From a virus: a stretch of DNA of 64,000 nt. The stretch spans positions 25,191-89,190 of IMG/VR virus record IMGVR_UViG_3300019458_000027. One strand, written 5' to 3'. How positions within the stretch are numbered: the stretch's first letter is position 1; each line of letters starts with the position of its first letter. Below the pieces are notes generated by a model, which was given only the letters and a program-made list of their open reading frames with translations, did no database searches and had not been told where the DNA came from. Of the stretch, positions 1 through 9,802 are shown in pieces. The translations under genes and the position numbers were made by a program.

Positions 1-1029
1 TCGAGCAATAGTAGCCGCCGCTCCGAGGGCACCACCAGTACCAGCATACACTGAGCTATTAAACTTAGCCGTGGTAATACCGCCATCTTTAAGTCTAGCG
101 GTTCCGGGACCAGAACCCCCAACTTCGAGGGTCGAGTTATCTGGATTCCACTGGATATCGTCGGCGTTGACTACGATCGCTCCCGTTGTGTGTTGTCCAA
201 CGTCCAGCGTGTTCCCCGTCTTGGTCAAACCCGCACCAGCGGTGATCTGACCGGCCCCAGAGAACTGCGTAAAGGAGAGACTGTGAGTTCCCACAGTATC
301 ACTCCCTGAATTGCTAGTGCAAACCCATCCAGAATCAGCGTTTGCCGTGCCTTCCTCAACAAATGTAAACACACCAGCGGCAAAAGAACCAGCCGCCATG
401 TCGGTAGCACGGGTCGGTGCACCAGCGGCGTTTACGGTGTAAATGCCGTTCTCGATACCATCGGCCTGATTTTTGATCAGGATTCTGTTACCAGTAGCCA
501 GCACAACACCATCCACTGTATCGCCGTTCTCAAAGTCAGACGCTAAAGTTCCAGCAGCCGTAGTAGCTACTCGAACTGATTGTTTCACGTCTAACCCGCT
601 AGCAACACTGTCAACATACGACTTGTTAGCAGCATCGGTAACTGCGACAGGAGCAGACACTTTGATCGTACCACCCGCAGCAGCGAAGTCATATGTATCA
701 GACTTCAACAGTTTAGCAGCATTGACGTAACTATCTGCCATTTTTGCTCGACCAGTCGCATCAGCGGACAAATAACCATCCTGCATCTTCGAAAGGCCGG
801 TGGCATCAGCAGACAGTACGTTAGCAGCTAATTTTGCGGTAGTAACGTTCAGATTAGCGATTTTGACCGTTGTAACTGAATCCGTCGCCAGCAATGTGTC
901 GTTTACAAATCCCGCAGCAAATTTACCACGTCCAGTAACGTCAGCAGTAAATATCCCGTCCCCAACAATAGCTAGAGACAAAGAACCCGCTAACGCCTGT
1001 GTACTTAATCTAATTTTAGTTGCAGCCAT
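1..1029 (-). CDS. Virion fibre/decoration protein, partial (runs off window start)
   Basis: Not in ORF track; my translation is open from ATG 1029 to base 1 (343 codons). Contains DAANKSYVDSVASGLDVKQSVRVATT...DGVVLATGNRILIKNQ...ENGIY, a segment common in phage fibre proteins; stop of upstream gene overlaps its ATG. Confidence 0.75.
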   Translation of the reverse strand, partial: MAATKIRLSTQALAGSLSLAIVGDGIFTADVTGRGKFAAGFVNDTLLATDSVTTVKIANLNVTTAKLAANVLSADATGLSKMQDGYLSADATGRAKMADSYVNAAKLLKSDTYDFAAAGGTIKVSAPVAVTDAANKSYVDSVASGLDVKQSVRVATTAAGTLASDFENGDTVDGVVLATGNRILIKNQADGIENGIYTVNAAGAPTRATDMAAGSFAAGVFTFVEEGTANADSGWVCTSNSGSDTVGTHSLSFTQFSGAGQITAGAGLTKTGNTLDVGQHTTGAIVVNADDIQWNPDNSTLEVGGSGPGTARLKDGGITTAKFNSSVYAGTGGALGAAATIAR

Positions 1030-1367
1030 TAAATATCACCTCCGTAGGTATTACTTTTTATCATTTTCACCTTTTCGGAGTCGGGTTCAAGATTCACATA
1101 TCCAGCCCCATGGCAATGAGGGCATTTGGTATATCCTTGTCTCAAGTTTGCATTACAAGAGCATTTCACAATCAGTTTCTCGTCTGCCAATCCCTTGAGA
1201 AGCTCCTTTAACCGTACATAAAAGGTGTCCATAACTCGACGCTTGAAATAGGTGTACTCTTTAGAGTCTTTGCCCATTTTATACTCACCAAGGTCGAGGA
1301 CTTCTTTCATTACTTCAAGATTGCTTAGGAAGATCAATTCCGCTTGGTTTTTCACCCGTTCCCCCAT
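1029..1367 (-). CDS. Hypothetical protein with C-terminal CxC/CxxCxG Zn-binding motif
   Basis: 112 aa ORF, CSC...CPHCHG. Confidence 0.6.
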   Translation of the reverse strand: MGERVKNQAELIFLSNLEVMKEVLDLGEYKMGKDSKEYTYFKRRVMDTFYVRLKELLKGLADEKLIVKCSCNANLRQGYTKCPHCHGAGYVNLEPDSEKVKMIKSNTYGGDI

Positions 1368-1617
1368 TCAATAAGTCCTTAATGAGACCATTCATCTGCT
1401 CTTCGGTTAGGGCTTCCAACCGTTCCTCGTCCATGATTTTGTTCAAAACTGTTTGAAAGAATTGCGTTATAAAGGGTTTGATCAAATCGGGCTTAACGAC
1501 AATAGCCCTAGCTACCACCTCTTTATCACCTTCTTGCTGGTAGGTAATTCGGATTGCTTGGTCGCTAAATTCCACGAAGGTAACTTTACGCAACATTGAT
1601 GCGTTTCTTTCGCCCAA
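1315..1617 (-). CDS. Hypothetical protein (start uncertain, possibly 1596)
   Basis: Tiles between adaptor and next gene. Confidence 0.5.
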   Translation of the reverse strand: MGERNASMLRKVTFVEFSDQAIRITYQQEGDKEVVARAIVVKPDLIKPFITQFFQTVLNKIMDEERLEALTEEQMNGLIKDLLNGGTGEKPSGIDLPKQS

Positions 1618-2410
1618 GCAGATCGTATGCTTTCTTCTCCATCATCTCTATGACTTTACCGTAGGGCATGTCCCCAAAGCTTCGGCTAACACCCTCAAGG
1701 GTAATAGACTGAGCACCCGCTCCAGCCCACACCGCTTTGTCCTTCAAAACGTAAGAAGCGGCTAAAAGAGATGTAGCATCAACAAATTCTCTTGGAAGAC
1801 TGGGTTGGTCTTTATAGCCGTAGTCATAAGTAACAGAAATGTTCTTGTATCCACGCAACCAAGTATAATTCCAGAAAGGCACGGCTTGATTCTCAAGAAA
1901 CAAAATCCGTGGAGGAATAGAAAGAACTCCCTTTGCACAGTCTACATGGAGATCGCTCCTACCGTACTGCTCTTCTGAATCAGTAAAAGTAGCATTCGGT
2001 ACTCCTGGATCCCCTAAAGACGCCACAATATAAGGCGGTGTGGCGTTGCCAATAGGTTCAAATCCCCCCTGGGTGGCTATCTCGGTCCCAGTAATCTCCC
2101 TAACATTCATTTGGAACATTCGGCGAAATTCAAACCACTGAACACTAGGAATAACTCTAAGGATACAGGCCCTAATCCGATTAATGGGTCTGCGTCTCAA
2201 ATGCAGAGTGGCTGTACCAGAACCGTCATACCATTCTTGGTAATTGGTTACAAGATCAAGATTTTGGCCTAAAAAGGTATCAACGTCTCTTTTGGCCCAT
2301 GGAATATAGGTGTCGGTAATCCGATCAGTCAGAGACGACGGCAGATCAGAAACGTCGAGGCCCAAAAGCTGCCTCTTTACATCATCCGCTGTACAATAAT
2401 CAAATGGCAT
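1586..2410 (-). CDS. Head-tail connector/adaptor protein
   Basis: N-terminal YCTADDVK, YDGSG, VTYDYGY...LPREF, GAQSITLEGVSRSF pattern of gp6/gp15-like adaptors; downstream of capsid gene. Confidence 0.7.
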   Translation of the reverse strand: MPFDYCTADDVKRQLLGLDVSDLPSSLTDRITDTYIPWAKRDVDTFLGQNLDLVTNYQEWYDGSGTATLHLRRRPINRIRACILRVIPSVQWFEFRRMFQMNVREITGTEIATQGGFEPIGNATPPYIVASLGDPGVPNATFTDSEEQYGRSDLHVDCAKGVLSIPPRILFLENQAVPFWNYTWLRGYKNISVTYDYGYKDQPSLPREFVDATSLLAASYVLKDKAVWAGAGAQSITLEGVSRSFGDMPYGKVIEMMEKKAYDLLGRKKRINVA

Positions 2411-2441
2411 TGATTCCCACCTTTATAGGGTATTGCAAATA

Positions 2442-2636
2442 TTAAATCAAAGACTTCTTGAAAAGAACTACTAGATTCCTAACATCTGTAATGACCCCAT
2501 TGTCGTCGTAACTAACAGATGGATCAAACATGACCCCAACGGCCTCCCAACCGCTGGCTCCCTGAGTACTCATATCAGATTCTACTGCAGAACCAGTTCC
2601 ACTGAACACCATAATCTTATAATCCCAATTTGCCAT
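2442..2636 (-). CDS. DUF4177-like small protein
   Basis: WDYKI...E..MSTQGASGWEAVG pattern. Confidence 0.55.
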   Translation of the reverse strand: MANWDYKIMVFSGTGSAVESDMSTQGASGWEAVGVMFDPSVSYDDNGVITDVRNLVVLFKKSLI

Positions 2637-2637
2637 C

Positions 2638-4155
2638 TTATACCTCCACCCATTGAAATGTTACAGCCACCGTTCTGTTATTGGCATCAGGACTTCCAGT
2701 TATTAATATATCGTTCCCTGGTGTTAACTCAAGACCAAATTTAAAGTCAAGGGAGAGGCTACTGGCGTCTTTTCCTACTGAATAGGTTGCAACTCTAGTA
2801 CCATTTGCCGAAATAGTTGGGGCAGAATATAAAGTCATAACTGAAGCACCATTACCCCCCAAGCGGGAAGAAATCGGGGTAACCGCCGTTCCCACCGATG
2901 TTATAGTTGGATTTTTATACATTCTAATCGTAGCTTGTCCACCCTTAGTTAGCATATCCAGTATTGATATTCCGAGAAACAAATTTTTACCACTTCCTGA
3001 TGGATTTCTCAACAGAATGACTTTGTTTTCTGACCCGGCGGTGGCTAGGCTTAATTCTACAGATCCAAAAAAGGCTTTGTCTTCTCCGCACAAAGTTACT
3101 AAAAGATCGGAGATTACCGCCCTAACTAATTCTGCATCAGAATTTTCTTCTATTATATCATCTATACGATGGGACGATGGTTTGGTATGACGAGCTTTCA
3201 GAACTACCTGTAGTCTGAAAGTAGTTTGGGCAACAGAACCGTTTGTATAATAAATTCTAAAATACCGAGCTTCTGGGGAGAAAGTAAAGAACTTTCCATT
3301 ATTTGCCGGAATAGTGTAGGTGTCATCATCATCCCAGTTTGTGCCATCAATGGAATACTGAATTTTGAATCCATCTGTCGCCGAAGCTACATTTGAAAAT
3401 ATAAATACTGATATAGTTCCATATTTAGTTGCGTCTTCGGCTGTGCCTGTGAAAGTCCTGCCGATTCCCAATGGGGTAGTGGTAGAATTTGCCGTGGATA
3501 TAACATTATCCAAGTCGGCTTTAATTCCAGATAGGGTAGTCTCAGAAGCCCTCGTCGATAATGCTATATCTAGGTTGTCTGTTTTAGCTTTAATTAGGGC
3601 TAGTGTAGTTTGAGTTGCAAAGTCTTTGGAATTGAGGGAACTTAACGTAGACTCGGACGCTCTTGTACTTAAAGCCGCATCAAGATTATCAGTTTTCGCT
3701 TTTATCAGAGCTAGAGTAGCTTGTGTTGCAACGGTTGAAAGTAGAACATCTATATTATCCGTCTTAGCTTTAATAAGTGCAAGAGTGGCTTCCGAAGCTC
3801 TAGTCGAGGATAGAACATTGAGTTGGTCTCTAACTGATTGTACCTTAGATTCCAAGTCATCAGTGTTGACCTCTAAAGTATCCGTGTTGTCAATTAACGA
3901 TTGGAGTTTAGTCTCAACCGTGTCCAAGGAGTCCCGAACTTGCGCTAAAGTAGCTTCGGAGGCGTTTCCTGATATGATGGAGTCTAACTTCGTCTTTACA
4001 TCATCAAGGTTATTTTTTACGGAAAGTAGGTTTCCATCTTCTTTAGATGGGTTTATGATATTGCCCTGCGTATCTGCTACCTGTTGATTTGGGTCAGCAA
4101 TCGGCTCTGTTGGGATTACCGGATTTCCACTTCCGTCAACGATTATTGTCGGCAT
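2638..4155 (-). CDS. Head fibre/structural protein with STRASEATL helical repeats
   Basis: 505 aa; repeated (S/A)TRASE(A/T)TL and ATQTTLALIKAKTDN units, beta-rich C-terminal domains. Confidence 0.6.
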   Translation of the reverse strand: MPTIIVDGSGNPVIPTEPIADPNQQVADTQGNIINPSKEDGNLLSVKNNLDDVKTKLDSIISGNASEATLAQVRDSLDTVETKLQSLIDNTDTLEVNTDDLESKVQSVRDQLNVLSSTRASEATLALIKAKTDNIDVLLSTVATQATLALIKAKTDNLDAALSTRASESTLSSLNSKDFATQTTLALIKAKTDNLDIALSTRASETTLSGIKADLDNVISTANSTTTPLGIGRTFTGTAEDATKYGTISVFIFSNVASATDGFKIQYSIDGTNWDDDDTYTIPANNGKFFTFSPEARYFRIYYTNGSVAQTTFRLQVVLKARHTKPSSHRIDDIIEENSDAELVRAVISDLLVTLCGEDKAFFGSVELSLATAGSENKVILLRNPSGSGKNLFLGISILDMLTKGGQATIRMYKNPTITSVGTAVTPISSRLGGNGASVMTLYSAPTISANGTRVATYSVGKDASSLSLDFKFGLELTPGNDILITGSPDANNRTVAVTFQWVEV

Positions 4156-4156
4156 T

Positions 4157-5305
4157 TTATACTCCTAGTGCGTATGCTCTGGTTTCAACCGTGGTGGCCC
4201 CGCCAGGGATACGGGCTTCGATTCTTATATGAGTCAATGCTCTAGTTTCCTCTATTAACATTGTATTACCAGAGTTTACCGCAACATTATTTTGTATCAT
4301 TACATCAAAATTTACTCCGTCATCTACACTACCGTAAACACTCACCCTAGCATTGTTCGCTCCGGTGTTTACTATGGCTATTTGTTTTCTTGGGTAATTT
4401 TTTGTATTTAAGTTCCCATTGATTGGTCTAGCATTTGCAAATACAGCGGTTGGGCTATAGGATTCTGTAACGTATAGTTTTTCAGAAGCCAAAACTCTAC
4501 CAATCTCTCTAGTGGTATCATCCGATGGGTCGCTAGGAATTGCGGGTTGGTCAGAAGCCAAAACAACTGGAACTGATCCTACCGCCGTCTTCTGCCCTAA
4601 GCTATTAAGTTTAGAATCAATACTAGAGAGGGTAGCTTCGCTTGCTCTAGTGGACAAAAGAACATCTAGCTGATCACGAACGGACTGAATCTTGGCTTCT
4701 AGGTCATCTGTATTGACTTCAAGGGAATCTATATTATCAATAATTGATTGAAGTTTGACCTCAACGGTATCCACAAAGTCTCGAACCTGTTGAAGGGTTG
4801 CTTCGGTGGCATAATCTTTTGCTATCAAAGAGTCCAACTTTGTCTTAACATCATCCAGATTGGTCTTTACTGATACAAGAGTGGCCTCAGACGCTCTAGT
4901 GGATAGACCGACATCAAGGTTCTGAAATAAAGGAGTTAAATCGGCCCCAGTCTGGAGAGTCCCGCCCCATTTTTCTACGTTAACGTTCCCGCCACCTGTG
5001 GCTAAAGCTACCTGCACTACCCCGTCGGTGTCAGTCTTAATGTAACGAAGGGTACTTGGGGTTCCGCTCTGATCAATAGCTGCTACCTTGATATTGGTAA
5101 GGTTGAAAGTGGCCGAATCGACCTCAAGCTCACTATCTACCTTGATTCGCAGAGTGCCGTCTCCCTCTTCTGAACTGGCAATGGGGGCCCATCCAATAAT
5201 ATTTCCGGCCCCATCAACGATGGGCAAGCACAACCCTGCTAAAGGTCTGTTGTTCTCGTCGTAAGGAAGGGGCTTTACTTTTTTATTTCTTAGGTCATTC
5301 GCCAT
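4157..5305 (-). CDS. Head fibre/structural protein, paralogue of 5491..6228
   Basis: Shares PYDEN.RP N-terminus, NVEKWGGTLQ.GA.LTPLFQ and QSVRDQLDVLLSTRA module. Confidence 0.6.
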   Translation of the reverse strand: MANDLRNKKVKPLPYDENNRPLAGLCLPIVDGAGNIIGWAPIASSEEGDGTLRIKVDSELEVDSATFNLTNIKVAAIDQSGTPSTLRYIKTDTDGVVQVALATGGGNVNVEKWGGTLQTGADLTPLFQNLDVGLSTRASEATLVSVKTNLDDVKTKLDSLIAKDYATEATLQQVRDFVDTVEVKLQSIIDNIDSLEVNTDDLEAKIQSVRDQLDVLLSTRASEATLSSIDSKLNSLGQKTAVGSVPVVLASDQPAIPSDPSDDTTREIGRVLASEKLYVTESYSPTAVFANARPINGNLNTKNYPRKQIAIVNTGANNARVSVYGSVDDGVNFDVMIQNNVAVNSGNTMLIEETRALTHIRIEARIPGGATTVETRAYALGV

Positions 5306-5469
5306 TTAATAAGCTCTCCAATCCTATGAATCTCCCAACCAATTTTCTTCCAGAAAGACAAAGTAGGCCAAGTGCTAGGGATTACCCTATTCTTTTTAAT
5401 GACCAAAATAGCTTCCCCCGCACTTCCGATCATTTTTACTGTTTTTTTGGATACACTAGGAAGTCCCAC
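5290..5469 (-). CDS. Small hypothetical protein (59 aa)
   Basis: GTG start with AGGAG upstream; fills gap; not in ORF track. Confidence 0.35.
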   Translation of the reverse strand: MGLPSVSKKTVKMIGSAGEAILVIKKNRVIPSTWPTLSFWKKIGWEIHRIGELIKWRMT

Positions 5470-5490
5470 TTATGTAGACTCCTGCAAATA

Positions 5491-6228
5491 TTATAACTTA
5501 CGATAGTCAACCAAAAGCGTATCCCCAAGAATTGGGGCTACAGCTAAGGTTAGAGTAACGTTGTCAGCTTCTTCAACATAATCGAAACCAAGCCCCTCTT
5601 GAAGTCTAACTCCGTTCTTGAAAAGATGCGTGGTCGTTGGTTTCCAAGAATTGGCCGTGGTGAAGGTTACGTTAGACCCGTTAATAGTCCCTGATGGGGT
5701 TTCTCCATCCACGATAACATCAATCTTCGCTAGAATAGCAGCCAGAGTTGCCTCTGTAGCTCTAGTGGAAAGTAGAACATCTAGTTGGTCTCTAACCGAT
5801 TGAACTTTTGCTTCTAATTCGTCGGTATTGATATCTAGGTCAGCCGTGTTGTCTATGATAGATTGTAATTTGGCCTCTACCGTATCGAGGTGATCTCTTA
5901 CTTGAATTAAAGTGGCCTCGGTAGCTCTAGTGGACAAATCAACGTCAAGATGTTGAAATAGTGGAGTGAGGTTTGCCCCGCTTTGGAGAGTTCCTCCCCA
6001 TTTCTCAACATTCATATTGACGTTACTAATAACAACGTCTCCAATCTCTGTTTCAACCTTTAGTGTCGCTGTACCATCTCCGTTGTCAACGGCCGCTAAT
6101 GGAAGATAGCCATCAATTACTGTGGCACTAACAATCGGAGAAAACAACACACTGGCAGGCCGAGCATTTTCGTCGTAGGGAATCGCTTTAATCTTAGCTC
6201 CCTTGTAGTCTGCCGGATCTGTAGGCAT
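5491..6228 (-). CDS. Head fibre/decoration protein
   Basis: C-terminal ETPSGTINGSN...KNGVRLQEG..DY...APILGDTLLVDY module typical of virion decoration proteins; directly after capsid gene. Confidence 0.6.
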   Translation of the reverse strand: MPTDPADYKGAKIKAIPYDENARPASVLFSPIVSATVIDGYLPLAAVDNGDGTATLKVETEIGDVVISNVNMNVEKWGGTLQSGANLTPLFQHLDVDLSTRATEATLIQVRDHLDTVEAKLQSIIDNTADLDINTDELEAKVQSVRDQLDVLLSTRATEATLAAILAKIDVIVDGETPSGTINGSNVTFTTANSWKPTTTHLFKNGVRLQEGLGFDYVEEADNVTLTLAVAPILGDTLLVDYRKL

Positions 6229-6311
6229 TTTAAATTACACCCCCTTGTTATACTTCATATTGCAACTGTTTTATTTCATCTAACTTCGGTAATTTTAAAT
6301 CTAACTAGATC

Positions 6312-6350
6312 GTAGTGGGGATAGTGGACTGGCTACCACTATCCCCCTAC
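6312..6350 (-). terminator. Strong stem-loop after major capsid gene (terminator or mRNA stabiliser)
   Basis: GGGGATAGTGG (6317-6327)/CCACTATCCCC (6336-6346) perfect 11 bp plus GTAG/CTAC extension; no clear U-tract. Confidence 0.55.
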
Positions 6351-6378
6351 ATAAGATGATCGGTATTAACCCTAAGGA

Positions 6379-7398
6379 TTAAGGACCGACTTTCTTGATC
6401 TTGCCCTGGAACGCCTCCGACGTAAGCTGGAGAACGCTAAATTCCAAGACGATAGTTCTGTAAGCCGTCTGGAGCAACGCCAAATCAATGCTCGACAGAG
6501 GCATGAGATCCACCATCTGAATTGCGTTACCATCTTCCAACACCGTCTTGTCGTCCAAGACTAGCACGAAGTCTTCACTAGACCCGTCAGGAACGATGTA
6601 ACGTGAACCAACCACGTCCACAATCCCATAAGGGCTGACCCAACGAGTTACGCTGATACCCGACGGAATGTCGGCCAGCGTACCCGCTCCCGCCTGGAAC
6701 AGGCGATAGAACGAGGTGAAAATCAACTCGTTGAACTTCTGCAAGTCTCTATAGGACATGACCACTAGCTGCGGCTTACCACCCTTCGCAACGATTTCTC
6801 GTTCCGTAGTCGTGATATCCGACAAAGCCAAGGCCGCACCAGCGTTATCCTTAACGTTGGAAGTAACCTGAGCATTGAGACCATCAAACATCAGAGGATT
6901 AACAGCAGAATCCCCGTTGATGATCGCCCATTCCTCCATCAAAGCAACGTTGAGCATCTTCACCTTGATTTGGTGCTTTTTGATATCGGTGTAAGTACCA
7001 CCGGCCATCTGTTCGAAGAACGAGACGGTAACAACATCTCCAAGTGAAGTATACGGTGCGCTCTTAAACTTGTACGTCGGCTGAACCGCATCCGGCAACC
7101 CACCCTTCGGGAAGAACCCTTGATCCGGAGAAGTACCACCAAGAAACAAGTGGCCGCTGGACAGTGCTCCAGTAGAAGAAACTGGGGTCAACTGATACCA
7201 TGCGTGAGCTTTACCATTTCCAGGGATTCTGTTCAGGCGGTTGCGTAACGGAGTGTCCGTAGGAGCCATGATAGCCATCTCGGCCTGCAAGTCCTCACGG
7301 ACCAACAGTAACCCCGACACGTCAGTAGACGAAATCGCCTTCTGGATATCGTTGATAGCTTGCTCCACAACCTGCGCATTATACATTATAGAATACAC
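6379..7398 (-). CDS. Major capsid protein (HK97 fold)
   Basis: 339 aa after protease/scaffold; TPLRNRLNRIPG, EEWAIINGDS...FDGL, YGIVDVVGSRYI. Confidence 0.85.
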   Translation of the reverse strand: MYSIMYNAQVVEQAINDIQKAISSTDVSGLLLVREDLQAEMAIMAPTDTPLRNRLNRIPGNGKAHAWYQLTPVSSTGALSSGHLFLGGTSPDQGFFPKGGLPDAVQPTYKFKSAPYTSLGDVVTVSFFEQMAGGTYTDIKKHQIKVKMLNVALMEEWAIINGDSAVNPLMFDGLNAQVTSNVKDNAGAALALSDITTTEREIVAKGGKPQLVVMSYRDLQKFNELIFTSFYRLFQAGAGTLADIPSGISVTRWVSPYGIVDVVGSRYIVPDGSSEDFVLVLDDKTVLEDGNAIQMVDLMPLSSIDLALLQTAYRTIVLEFSVLQLTSEAFQGKIKKVGP

Positions 7399-7436
7399 CC
7401 CCTTGTTTTAGATCGTTCGAAACTAATTAGACGAGA

Positions 7437-9179
7437 TTAGGAAACCTTGCGAACGTCGTATTTTGAACTAAACATCTTGTTCAAAACGCCATCACGCTTA
7501 ATTTCCTGTTCTTTCGTGAGAGGTTTGCCAGTCGCTTTCGCAACTTCAACAAACGCACGAACTTCTTCGACTTCCTTTGCCAGTTCACTTTCGGGAGTCT
7601 CAGGTCCGCCAAAAGTCTTCTCGACCTTTGTAAACTTCCTTGGCAACGCCTTCTCATCAACTTCTTTCAGCCTCTTTTCGAGAGTCTGAATCCTCTCTTC
7701 TAACTTCCGAACGACCTTCTCGGTGCGGTTCGGCGATTCAGATTTCTGAGTCTCGTCTTTATCACCCTTATCATTGGTCTCGTCTTTCTTTTCCAATGTA
7801 TTGGATGCCTTACGAGTCCCATTATCATCGTCCTGTCCATCAACACTCTTTTTGGCTTTTTTCACAGGTGCGGCGGGATCTTCCTGAGTTTTCAGGTCCC
7901 CCTCGTCAGGGATGGCCTTCATTGTTTCCTCACTCTTATCCTCGTCGTCCTTTTCATCCCCATCGTGAGTTTTAGTAACTTTGACGGGGCCTTTTGCCGG
8001 GTATGCGCCCTTGGAGGGTTGAGTCTCTAGGTCTGACGTAGCGGGATCAGCCGCCTTCACAGGCCCCTTAGCGGGGTAAGCCCCTTCGGGCTTCTGTGTC
8101 TCAACGTCATCGGCCGCCCCCGGAGCGGATGGGGCTGATTCTCCAACCTTTGGGTTGGTATCAGCATCCGTCGGAGTCTCTTTTGCGCCGGGCTTAGGGG
8201 AGTGTGCTCCCTCGTAAGCCTTTTCAAGACCAACAACCTTCTCCACCAAAGCGGTTACCGTTCCAGCTAGCTCTTTGAGGAGCTTGATTGCTTCACCAGG
8301 CATTTCATTATCACCCCCATTTATACAGTATAAACACTTGTCGGCATTATGGGCCGATCCAAGTATTGCAGTTGCTTTCTCATGTACTTCCGATTTTTCT
8401 ATATCAGAAAGCCCTAAACCATCGATACTGTCCAGAGTGTTAAAAGCATGAACTTTATCGGGAAGGGGAACTCGTTTTTCAATGACTATGGTTCCATCCT
8501 CCTTGGTATACTTTCTTATAACACCCCAGGCACTTTCAGTAAGAGATTGTAGCTCGTCCTTATCCAAAACTTTCTTAGCTAAGGAATCCGCTTTTTCTCG
8601 GTGGATTTGTACTTCTTTGGCCAAAGGATCCTCTACCTCGACCATCAAAACTTTCTTTAAATCCTCTACTATTTGAGTTTGGTACAAGAGTCCATCAGAA
8701 GCTCTTTTTACTAACTCAAAAGCACAAGATGGATTAGCGGGGTTATCAACCAATGATAACTCATTCAGTCGATATTTTGTGATCTCCGTAACCTGCCTAT
8801 CTTGTTTAGTACCAGAATCCTTGACGATTTTAACGGTCTTGTTCATCGTCTGTCCACCGATGGAAAAACCAGTGAGGGTTCCGTCCAGAATCTTCTCCCA
8901 GGTATCTTTTGCGCCTTTGGAGACTTTTGCCGTAACCCAAACCTTACGAGAATCATCATCAGGGATAATCTCAATAGCTTTGCCAACGGCCTTGGGTTCG
9001 TGCATTTCACGGATATTCCCAGGCCAATCAGCGAAAGCTTCTTTGGAGGCCTCGTAGCCAACGATCTCGGACTGTTTGTCAATGTCCTCCGTCGTGGCCC
9101 ACCCTCCAACCGTCATTCGCTCTTTGTCTACCTTCTCGATAGGAGCGAATAATCGTATATCATTCTTAGCTTCACTCAT
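7437..9179 (-). CDS. Prohead protease (XkdF/HK97-like) fused to scaffold region
   Basis: GWATTEDIDKQSEIV, IREMH, TWEKILDGTLTGFSIGG, ELSLVDNPANP; low-complexity charged and coiled-coil C-terminal half. Confidence 0.85.
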   Translation of the reverse strand: MSEAKNDIRLFAPIEKVDKERMTVGGWATTEDIDKQSEIVGYEASKEAFADWPGNIREMHEPKAVGKAIEIIPDDDSRKVWVTAKVSKGAKDTWEKILDGTLTGFSIGGQTMNKTVKIVKDSGTKQDRQVTEITKYRLNELSLVDNPANPSCAFELVKRASDGLLYQTQIVEDLKKVLMVEVEDPLAKEVQIHREKADSLAKKVLDKDELQSLTESAWGVIRKYTKEDGTIVIEKRVPLPDKVHAFNTLDSIDGLGLSDIEKSEVHEKATAILGSAHNADKCLYCINGGDNEMPGEAIKLLKELAGTVTALVEKVVGLEKAYEGAHSPKPGAKETPTDADTNPKVGESAPSAPGAADDVETQKPEGAYPAKGPVKAADPATSDLETQPSKGAYPAKGPVKVTKTHDGDEKDDEDKSEETMKAIPDEGDLKTQEDPAAPVKKAKKSVDGQDDDNGTRKASNTLEKKDETNDKGDKDETQKSESPNRTEKVVRKLEERIQTLEKRLKEVDEKALPRKFTKVEKTFGGPETPESELAKEVEEVRAFVEVAKATGKPLTKEQEIKRDGVLNKMFSSKYDVRKVS

Positions 9180-9396
9180 CGACCATTACCTCCTCGGTTT
9201 TCCTAGTTATATACTCAACCAAACACTTATCGGAGCAGAAATGTTTATTCTCATCCAAACTGTCAAGCTTATGCCCGTATGGGAAGCTAACAGTAATAGC
9301 GTTCCCTATCTGTCCAATATTACAACGGGCATCGCAGTTATCGCAATGAATCCGATATTCAGTATGAAAGCCGTAAAATTTCATAGGTTTTATCAT
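9172..9396 (-). CDS. Small Zn-binding protein (CxxC...FCSxxC)
   Basis: HCDNC...HFCSDKC. Confidence 0.6.
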   Translation of the reverse strand: MIKPMKFYGFHTEYRIHCDNCDARCNIGQIGNAITVSFPYGHKLDSLDENKHFCSDKCLVEYITRKTEEVMVDE

Positions 9397-9494
9397 GGCA
9401 GAAAGATGGTTTTCAGAAAGGCACCGATAGCGATACCGACCGCAATTCCAATGACTGTGTACTTACTAAAGAATAACGCCCACATCTTGCTCAT
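9393..9494 (-). CDS. 33 aa single-TM peptide
   Basis: MSKMWALFFSKYTVIGIAVGIAIGAFLKTIFLP; stop overlaps next start; not in ORF track. Confidence 0.45.
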   Translation of the reverse strand: MSKMWALFFSKYTVIGIAVGIAIGAFLKTIFLP

Positions 9495-9496
9495 CC

Positions 9497-9802
9497 TTAC
9501 ATTACCTTAATCCACGTTCTTGTTTTAGAATCATAAATGGAGGTAGCTTTGTAGTTTGTTGGTCTTGTAACCCCGCCTCCACGTGCCTTCTCTTGAAACA
9601 TACCAAATTTCTTGGGGTCGTCAACCTTAAACTCCATATAGCCCCCATCCTCCATATGCACCCTGCCAGTATGGGTTCCAGTCCGCTCCATTCTAGTACC
9701 ACGAACGTCGGTCATTTGCTTCTTGGTCATTGTTTTGTTGTGCCGATATTGACCAGGTTTTGCCGACATGGATTGTGGTCTGTGAACTTCCCGCCGTGCC
9801 AT
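9497..9802 (-). CDS. Basic hypothetical protein
   Basis: 101 aa, TAATG coupling with MuF gene. Confidence 0.6.
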   Translation of the reverse strand: MARREVHRPQSMSAKPGQYRHNKTMTKKQMTDVRGTRMERTGTHTGRVHMEDGGYMEFKVDDPKKFGMFQEKARGGGVTRPTNYKATSIYDSKTRTWIKVM

